Positions 54,599-64,000 of a DNA stretch of 64,000 nt are shown piece after piece; position 1 is the first letter of the stretch; the number at the start of each line of letters is the position of its first letter. Position numbers and translations under genes: made by a program. The stretch covers positions 300,328,001-300,392,000 of the forward strand of contig OZ024740.1 of assembly GCA_964016885.1 (NCBI GenBank), written 5' to 3'. The notes under the pieces were generated by a model that saw only the letters and a program-made list of their open reading frames with translations, had not been told where the DNA came from and ran no database searches. Source of the stretch: Eledone cirrhosa. Its lineage: Eukaryota.

Positions 54599-57500
54599 AT
54601 TTATTTATGTTTCATTTTATTTCAATTTAACTTAATTTAATTTAATTTGTTTTATTTTGTTAATAGGTTTATGAATATCAATCTTCGATAGCTTTGTGTA
54701 GCCATCTCGGTGGCTTAGTTGGACGTTGTTGAATCTGGTCTCTGGCATTTAATCCTTGGCCGAGAGATATGTTTATGGGGTGTTATTAATCTTTCTCAAT
54801 TTTCCTTTTAAATGATTTAGAAAAAACCTGAAAAAATGTTAATGAGGAAAGCAGTGTATATTTATAATATTTTATTAAATGTACATTACAGAATAAATAT
54901 AGTAAATTTTATTTTATTTGTTTATTTGTTTAATTTTATTTATTTATTTATTTTATTTTATTTGTTTATTTTTTATTTAATTTTATTTGTTTATTTTTTA
55001 TTTAATTTTATTTGTTTATTTTTTATTTAATTTTATTTGTTTATTTTTTATTTAATTTTATTTGTATATTTTTATTTAATTATATTTGTTTATTTTTTAT
55101 TTAATTTTATTTTTAAAAAATATTATTTAATTATATTTCATTTTATTTTACTTAACAAAAGATGTTAGATATGGTGGCGATCCTGGTCTGACGTTCAAAC
55201 CCAGTCGGTAGTTTACTGTAGGGTTATCGATTTTCATTGTACTTATCGTAGCCCCAAATTGAAAAAATTTGGTGAGAATCCGTGTGTATTTATTTTCTTT
55301 TTATAACATGTTTTATTTTTTATTTTATTTTTTATTCTTTTTTGTTTTATTCTATTAAATTTCATTGTATTTTATAAAATGTGTTAATTATTTAATCAAA
55401 TTTTATTTTCCTTTATTTTATTTCATTTCGTTTTATTTCATTTCATTAAATACTATTTTAATTCAATTTAATTTAATTTACTTCATTTTATTAAAATATA
55501 ATTTATATTATTTCATTTTAGTTTAATTTTATTTTTTATGAAAGTAGGTTTATAATTTAATTTTACATTTTTATGAAACTAGGTTTATAATTATTAATTT
55601 CCAATATCGTTTTGTACCTTTCTCATTGGCCTACTGTCCTATAAGAGAGACGGTGGCTATCCTCGTCTTGCGTTCAATTCTAGCCTGCTACTGATTTTTT
55701 TTTCATTTAACATCTCTTCGACAAAAAAGAAACTGAACAAATTTAGTGAGAGCGTCAATGCTATTTATTTTATTTTATTTGATTTAAGTTTATTTAAAAT
55801 TATATTAATTTATTTATTTTATTTTATTTTATTAAATGTAATTAGATTTATTTTTATCTTCTTTATTTTGTTTTTGTATTATTTTTTTATTATTTTAATT
55901 TAATTGATTCCATTTGACTTTATATTACTTTACTTTATTTTCATCTTTAAAATTATATTATTGTTTTTTTTCTAATTTATTTACTTTTATTATATTATAA
56001 TTTAATATAACTAGTATTTATGTGGTACTCTCGGTCTCTTCGTCGGAAGTATTAGTGATTGTGGTCTGGCGTTCAGTTTTTGTCGGTTGATACTTGTAGG
56101 GTGTGTTAATAATCCTGTTCAATTCGCCTTTTATTATTCTTCGAAATAATTGAAATATGAGAAGCCCAACATGTTTTTATTAAATTTTATTTTATTTTAT
56201 TATATTTCATTTATTTAAAAATGTATTTTCTTCTTTTAATTCAATTTACTTTAACTTTATTTGATTTTTATTTTATTTAATTCATTATATTATATTTTAC
56301 TTTAATTTACTTTGCATTAATTTATTTTATTTTTTCTAATTTATTTTACTTTATTTTATTACATTTTAATTTATTTTAATTTAATTTAATATATTTTTAC
56401 TTATTTGATTTTATATTCATTTAATTTTATTTGATTTTATTCTATTTGATATAATTTTAATTTTAATTGAATTAATTCAATTTAAATTGTTTTATTTTGA
56501 AAGTAGGTTTATAGTTAATACTTTTTAGCAGGCTTTCGTGGCTTTCTCCGTGGCCAATTCCTTTTCGGATGATATAAATAAAGTTGTGCTATTTATATTT
56601 TTCAATTTTCAGGTTTACATCTCTTATAAAAAAAAATGAAACATGAGATCCCACTGTGTATTTATTTTATTACCGTATATTATATTCTATTTTAGTTTAT
56701 ATCATTTTACATTATTTTAATTAACTTTATTTATTTGATTATATTAAATTTATTTAATTGGTTTTATTTCGGATGTTGGTTTATAATTAGTAATTTTCTG
56801 TAGACTTTTGTAGCTTTCTCGGTTTCCAATGTGGAACTATCCGAGACGCTACAGATCGTCGAATGTGGTTCAATCCCTTCGGGCGATACAGGGATGGTGT
56901 GTTTATAATCTTTTTCAATTTTCTTTTTAAGACACTTAGAAAATAACTGAAATCTTTTAGTGAGAACACAAACGTGTATTTATTTCATTTTATGAAAATG
57001 TACCTTTTTAAAATGTTATTTTATTTTTCATATTATCATATTTCATTTTGTTTTATATTATTTTATTCAATTTTAATTATTTTATATTATTTTTTATTTC
57101 ATTTTAATTTAATTATTTTGTATTATTTTTTATTTCATGTTAAATTAATTATTTTTTATTTCCTTTAATATTTAATTAGTTTTTATTTTATTTTATTATA
57201 TTTATTTCTCAATTCTTTAATTTCTGTTTTTTTTACGTTATTTTATTATAATACATAATTTAATTTAATAATATAATATAATTTAATATTTTAATTATTT
57301 ATCCTAATTCATTATAATTTAGTTTAAATCGATTTAAATCAATTTCAATTTAATTTGGTTTAATTCAATTATTTATTAATTTTAATTTATTCTATTTTTA
57401 TTTATTTTAATTTAATTAAAATCAAATTATATTAAATTAAATATAATTTAATTTAATTGATTTAGTTTATATTTTGAATGCATGTTTATAAATATTAATT

Positions 57501-59914
57501 TTCAGCATACTTTTATAGCTTACTCCATGGCCAAGTCGGATGTATTAGAGACATTAAAGATCGAGGTCTGTCGTTCAAACCTTGTTGGTGTTAATAAATT
57601 TTGTCAATTTTCCTCTTGAAACTCTTTGAAAATACTTAAAAGGTTTAGCGAGAACATCAATGTATATTTAACATTTTTCATTAAATTGTACTTTTTTAAA
57701 CATTTATTTTATTTTATTTTGTTTTATTAAAGTGTTTTATTCTATTAAATGTTATATTAGTTTATTTTATTTCGTTTTATATTAACTTACTTTATATTAT
57801 TTTATTTTATTCTACTAGATTTATATTTTCTTTCTAATTTACTTTATTCTATTTTAATATAATTTAGTTTTATTCATTGTAATATTTTAGAGTTAATTTA
57901 ATTTTAATTTAATTTAATTTAATTTAATTTTAATTTTAATTGATTTAATTTTTTTCATTTTTAAAATAGGTTTATATTTATTAATTTTCTGTAGCAGTCT
58001 CTATTGCCTAGTCGGGAGTATGTGAGACGTGGGAGAAGTTTTATTCTATAAAATTTTATTTAAGTTTAATATATTTGTAATCATTTCAATTTATTTTATT
58101 TATTTTATTTTATAAGATTTAATTGTATTTAATTTTATTTAAATTTATTTTTCATTTTATTTTATAATTTTTTAAAAATCTTATTTTTATTTAATTTATT
58201 TCATTATATTTTATTTTACTTTACATTAAAATATTTTTTGAAATATTTTTTCTAATTTATTTAACTTAATTTTACAACGATTTAATTTAATTTAATTTAA
58301 TTTAATCTATATTTTTGTTATATATTTTATTTTATGTAAATTTAATTTGAATTTATTTAATTTTATCTAATTTTCATTTTAATTAATTTAGTTCAATTTA
58401 ATTTAATTTGTTTTATTTCCAGCAGATTTTTGTAGCTTACTCAGTGTCCAAGTTGGAAGTATTAGATACGTTAAAGATCGTGGTCTGGCGGCCAATCCTT
58501 ATGGGCCGATACATGTAGGGTGTGTTATTAATCTTTTTCAATTTTTCTTTTAAAACTCTTAGAAAAGAAACTAAGGTTTAGTGATATAACCAATGTGTAT
58601 TTATTTTTTTTATTAAATTGTACATTTTAAAATTTTATTTTATTTTTAATATTATTATATTCTATTTTATTTGATATTTCATTAAATTTCCTTTATTTTT
58701 ATTAAATTTTAATTATTCTATTACATTTTAGAAGTTATTTTATTCTATTATATTTTTTCTAATATCTTTTATTCTATTTAATATAATTTAATTTAATTCA
58801 ATGCAATATTTTCCTTATCAATTTAATGTATTACCATTTAATTCAAATTATTAATTAATCTAATTTGTTTTATTTTATTTTGAAATTAGGTTTATAAGTA
58901 TTAATTTTCAGTAGATTTGTGTAGCAGTGTCGTTCTCCTAGACTGAAGCATTAGAGACGCTGGAGTTCGTTGCCTGGCGTTTATTCCTTGTCGGGCAAAA
59001 TATGTGAGCGTTTGCTTTTAATCTTTTTCAATTTTCAGAATAAACCTGAAATGTGATAACTCCATTGTGATACTTCATTTTATTTTATTTTTTTCTCATT
59101 TACTATACTTTAATTTATTACAATTTAACTTAATATTTTTTTAATTTAAGTTGTTTTATTGTGAAAGTAGCTTTATAAGAATTAACTTTCAGTGGATATT
59201 TATAGCTTAGTAGATGGGCTAGTCTGAACTATTAGAGGCGTTTAAGAGCGTGGTCTGGCGTTCCATCCTTGTCGGGCGATGTACGTAGGGTGTGTTATAT
59301 GTATTTTTTTCAATTTTCCTTCTAAATCTCTTAGAAAAGAACAGAACAGTTTTAGTGAGAACAAGAATATGTATTTATTGTGTTTATTAATTTGTACTTT
59401 ATAAATATATTTCATTTTCATATTATCATTTTTTATTTTAATTTACTTTATTTTATTAAATTTCATTTTATTTTATTAAATTTTAATTATTCTATTGAAT
59501 TTTATATTATTTTACTTTATTATATTAAATTTATTATTTTGTTAAACTTTCTTCCCCTTGTTTTATTCCATTTTGTTTTATATTATCTTATTTTATTTTA
59601 TTTTTTCTAGTTTTTTTTAATTAATCTAAATTTAATTTAATTAACTTAATTTTATATTATTTTGAATGTAGCTTAAAATTATTAATTTTCAGTAAATGTC
59701 TGTCTGCCTCATTGGCCTAGGTGGATGTATTAGAGATGGCAGAGTTTCTGGTCATTTCTTCAATCCTGGTCGGGAGATACATCAAGGGTGTACTATTTAT
59801 CGTTTTCAATTTTCCTCTATTTCTTATATAAAAAAAACCCCAGAAAAGGTATAGTGAAAACGCCGTTATATATTTATTTCATTTTATTAAATTGTGCTCC
59901 ACATACTACACATA

Positions 59915-61075
59915 ATCCCTTTTCTCCTCTTCCACAGTTTTCTCCCTCCACCTCATCCTCTCCTTCCGCCCCTTAGTCCCCTTCCTCTTCTTAACATAAT
60001 TCGCCTCTTTTCCGCTCTTTTATCTTTCTCCACCTCTTCCCCTCTTCTCCCTGTCTTTACTTTTTCTTTCCCCCTTTTTCCCTTTCTTTATCCATTATTC
60101 ACTTTCCTCCCCTCTCTTTGCCACTATTTCGCTTTCTTTCCCTCTCTTCTCCTTACTCTCATTTCTCTCATTGCTCTCTAATTTTTCCTTGTTCTTCATT
60201 TCTCCTTACTCTCCCTGCTCTCCTTTTTACCCCTCTTCTTTTGGCCCTACATACTCTCCTTGCTCTTCTTTTCTTTTTGCTCGTTTTCTTTTTGCACTTC
60301 TTTTCTCCTTGCTGTGCTATTTCTCCCTGTTCTCGTTCTCACCTAAGTCTCATTTCTTCTTTACTGTTCATTCCACTTTGTCCTATTTTGAACCTTACTC
60401 TCCATTTGCACAACTTTACTCTCCGTTTAACCTTACTCACCATTTCCACCTTACACTTCTTTTCACCTTACTATCCTATTCATCCTATTCTCCTTTTCAC
60501 CTTACTTCCTTTTCAGGTTACTCTCTACTTGCACCTTACTCTCGTTTTGCACCTTCCTCCACTTTTTACATTACTCTCCCATTCACCTCACTCTCCTTTT
60601 CACATTACTCACCTTTTGCACCTTACTCTCGTTTTCACCTCAATCTTCTTTTCAGTTACTCCCCTTTTAACCTTTTGCACCTTACTATCCTTTTAACTTT
60701 ACTCTCCTTTTCACCTTACTTTTCTTTTCATCTTATTCACCTTTTGCACCTTACTCCCATTTTCATCTTACTCACCTTTTGCACCTTACTCCCATTTTCA
60801 TCTTACTCACCGTTTGCACCTTACTCCCATTTTCATCTTACTCACCTTTTGCACCTTACTCCCATTTTCATCCTACTCACCTTTTGCATCTTACACTCCT
60901 TTTAAAGTTACTTTCCTTTTTCTCCATACTCTCCTTTTCACCTTATTCTGCTTTTCTCCTTACTGTCCTTTTTTAATTATTCTCCATTTTCTCCTTTCAC
61001 TCCTTCTCCCATTAGTCTCCTATTTATTATTCCTCTCCTCTTCACCTTACTTTTCTTTTCAGCTTACTCTTCTTT
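59915..61075. repeat. Pyrimidine-rich minisatellite block (35-bp unit ttactcaccttttgcaccttactcccattttcatc)
   Basis: There are 4-5 near-perfect copies at 60733-60895 with decayed copies on both sides. Confidence 0.9.
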
Positions 61076-61989
61076 TATTGTATTTTATTAAATTATATTA
61101 AATTTAAATGTTTTATTTATTGTCTTGGTGGCCTAGCCGAATGTGTTAGAGATGGAGAAGACACTAGTTGGTGTTCAATCCTGGTTGGGAGATACATATG
61201 TGTATTCATTTTATTTTATTTTATTTTATTTCATTTTATTTTGTTATATTATATTATTTTAATTTATTTTGATTTAATTTATTTAATGTATTCTATTTTA
61301 TTAATTTCATTTGGTCTTATTTTATTTTATTTTATTGGGTTTTATTTTATTTTATTTTATTTTATTTTACTTTATTTTACTTTATTTTACTTTATTGTAT
61401 ATTTTCTTCACAGTGGTGTTAAATTCTTTTATGTTAAGGAATGGTTGTGTGTGTAGATATATAGCTTAATGAGTGTTTATATGTATGTGAGAGTCTATGT
61501 GAGTATCCGAGTGTATCTGCCTATTCATCTTGAGATAGAATAATCATCAAGAGGCGGTAGAATTATATTTATCGAATATATATTGATATGCGTGTGTGTG
61601 TGGGGGGGGGGGGGGTATGTATGCTTGCTCGAAGGCATTATTATCGCAACTTTCAGACAAGGCATCATACCTAGCAGTAGATCGCCCTAATCAAAGAATT
61701 GTCCAAATTTACCAATTGAGAATTTAAATATATCTGTCAACAAAGTGCCGAACTATTTGTTAGTTATCTGAAGTCGGTGCAGTTATCGTAAAATCTGATG
61801 GATTGATTTGTTCAGGTTTCTTTACTGGTATCTAAGCTACCATTTAAATTACCTTAAATTACCGTTAGACGTATACATTTGATTACATTAAAATATTCAC
61901 AATCTGTCGTACCACAGAGTCAAATACGTTAATTTCGGCCACATTATGGGTGTGAATGTGTGTGTATATGGCATTGATATGTCCAGCAG

Positions 61990-62357
61990 AAGCAAAGGGG
62001 ACATCCACGAGAGTGCAAGAAAAGGAGAGGGAGAAAATTAACCGATACCAGGACTTAAAGTGTGAGTTAAAAAGGGTTTGGAACTGCCATGAAATCAAGG
62101 TCGTCCCGATTGTCATAAGCGCACTAGGTACTATCTCAAAGAGTTTCCAAGGGTGGTTAAAGAAGATTAGTCCAGCCCCGCTTTTAGGAACACTTCAAAA
62201 GGCATGCTTGCTGGGAACAGAAAGAACGCTCTGATACGTCCGGAATATTTGAGGCATGATATTCATTTCAAGAAACTTTCCAGTTAAATAACATCATTGA
62301 CTGAGGCTCAAAGAACAATAATAATAATAATAATAATAATAGTAATAATAATAATAA
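61990..62357 (+). mobile_element. R4/Dong-like element 3' end with (TAA)n tail
   Basis: KEREKINRYQDLKCELKRVWNCHEIKVVPIVISALG...LQKACLLGT, followed by (AAT)n at 62317-62358. Confidence 0.85.
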
Positions 62358-64000
62358 TGTTTTCTTTATTAACCACAAGGGTTTACATGAAGTAGACATT
62401 AAGGACAGTACAGGACAATACAGGACGGTACAAATGGGCATTTCTGCGTGTAAATAAAACAGAGGATGTAATAAAAATAACAATGAAAACTTTCCCAATA
62501 GGGGGGGGGGGGAGACTTCCGAAGGAGATTTGTGGAGAAAGCCCATTAAAAGGCCACAGTGACCCTGACCACCAGAGCAAGTGCCCTCTCCCAGTTTTCC
62601 ACCTTTAATGTACAGACACATACTCATACTCAGAGTAGGCCCATTCACTCGGGCCATACTTGCTTCTGTCACCCATCTTTCAACGAAATGCTGGGAAGAG
62701 AGCACTTCCCTCTCTACCCTGATTTTCCTTTTCAAATGAAATTTGAAAAAGTTAATCAGGGCATCAGCCCTTTCAAACGTGTCCACCATACTATCTCTTT
62801 CGCCATGGCCACCAGGCAGATAAAAACTGCCTGCCCTTCCCGGCTAAAGGAAGAGAACGGGGCAATCCTCACGATAGACTCAGCTGATAGCTGGATCCGT
62901 CCTATACGTGACAGCAGGTGTTCGACATAAACCCACAAGACAGCAATGCTCGGACACTGGACGAGTGCGAGCATGACGGTTTCGTCGCCCAGCGCGCATC
63001 TCGGACATGCCCGGCTGACGGCACCTCCATGCCTGTAGAGTTTAGCCCGAACTGGCAAAACTCCTCGGTAGCACTGCCAGACCAGGGATTTCTGGAAGTT
63101 GTCCATAGGCCCCGGCCCGAAAGTCGTTCCGAAGAGATTGCCTTGTTGATTTTCGTCGACGCCTAGAGTTTCTCCAAGTACGTCGCCGCTCTTCCCCTCC
63201 ACTAATCCTCTATAGAAAGCCAAGGTGGAGTTTCCACCGATCACATTGTGCGATTGGTCGAGGGCTGTGAGCGCCTGAAGACATTCTAGTCTCCAAGCGC
63301 TCCCTCTCGGTCTTCGCTTGACACAGGACTGCAGCTCCATCAAGGAGACGAGCTGGGGAAAGACGTGTCTAGCAAACGGCGACCACACCTGATCACCGTC
63401 GAGGTAGAGGTGGAGATGTCGTAGCCTGAGCGCGTGTCTGCGCATCATCAGCCACGGCATTCCCGGCCCTCAACGTAGCGGGTGTTGACTGCAGATGGAC
63501 CGCCTGACCATCGGAGCGCGTCCCTTCCACGAAAAGCGAAAGATCAAACATTCCAGCGTAGTCAGGCGGTGCTTATGACAAGGTACGACCATCAGGCGGT
63601 AGTAGATGACGGATGCGATGTACGCGTTAGCCACCTCCGCTCGACCTTTCAGGGATAGCTTCCTCTCCGCTCATTTCTGGGTGAGAGAAGCCACCCTGCT
63701 CGTCACCTCGTCCAGTTTTTGTCGGGGCTGGAGGTCCGGACCGAACCAGACCCCTAGCAATTTAACTGATCCATCCGTCCAGCGCCCGACGACGCTGTTG
63801 GACGGCATGGACCTGCCGCTCCAGGTGCCGAACTGCAGGCCCACAACCTTTTCCTGGTTGATCATTGCTCCTGTCACCGCTTCGTATTCTCTTAATGTAG
63901 TGCCGATCGCCTCGATGTGTTTGGCGTTCGACACCACTACGGTGACATCGTCCGCATATGCTGTCACGGATCTTCCGCATCCCTGTTCGTGCGGGACCCC
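62358..64000 (-). mobile_element. Tx1/L1-clade LINE, 3' 1.6 kb (RT YADD region, zinc-finger region, 3' UTR); continues beyond the window
   Basis: TAYADDVTVVV...VKLLGVWFG (63671..63967) and CPRCALGDETVMLALVQCP (62756..63460). AATAAA is followed by an (ATT)n tail. A stop codon and frameshifts indicate an inactive copy. Confidence 0.9.

Larger units (their letters stand above)
54040..61400 (+). repeat. Degenerate tandem array: ~13 tRNA-like/Pol III-box units separated by (TTTTA/TTTAA)n spacers
   Basis: A recurrent ~200-bp module taggtttata..attaattttc..gtagc..tcggtggcctagtcggaagtattagagacg..cgtggtctggcgttcaatccttgtcgggcgatac..gtagggtgtgtt..tttttcaattttcc..tttagtgagaac is seen near 54700, 55160, 55620, 56030, 56540, 56810, 57520, 57990, 58430, 58920, 59200, 59700 and 61120. 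Confidence 0.85.

Noticed and set aside
54660-61200. CRISPR-like repeat-spacer interpretation, or functional tRNA genes
   Set aside because: The units are ~200 bp and highly diverged, the spacers are low-complexity, the context is eukaryotic with no cas genes, and no single unit forms a convincing cloverleaf.

Overview
AT-rich, microsatellite-dense eukaryotic (animal) DNA with no recognisable host protein-coding gene. The repeat content suggests a mollusc, probably a cephalopod such as octopus (inference from SINE types, not verified). The window is a graveyard of transposable elements: about 15 copies of a tRNA-derived SINE with ATTATT-anchored target-site duplications, two other SINE types, fragments of RTE, CR1, Tx1/L1, R4/Dong-like and CRE-like non-LTR retrotransposons, mariner and pogo-like transposase remnants, and three Penelope-like GIY-YIG endonuclease fragments. 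Nearly all ORFs in the supplied track are microsatellite artefacts. The most notable signal is non-coding. More than a dozen type I hammerhead-ribozyme motifs (CUGANGA...GAAA...NUH, usually with very short, often palindromic stem III) from several unrelated sequence families occur between 8.8 and 38.4 kb. They sit in tandem arrays, fold-back inverted repeats or slightly-more-than-unit-length direct repeats, almost always embedded in (TA)n tracts, consistent with a set of Penelope-mobilised, retrozyme-like non-autonomous RNAs. Other observations are a 3' tail shared between the main SINE and the Tx1/L1 element, and a 6.5-kb array of about 13 degenerate tRNA-like/Pol III units separated by T-rich spacers. 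All calls were made by eye, no searches or folding programs were run, and boundaries are approximate.
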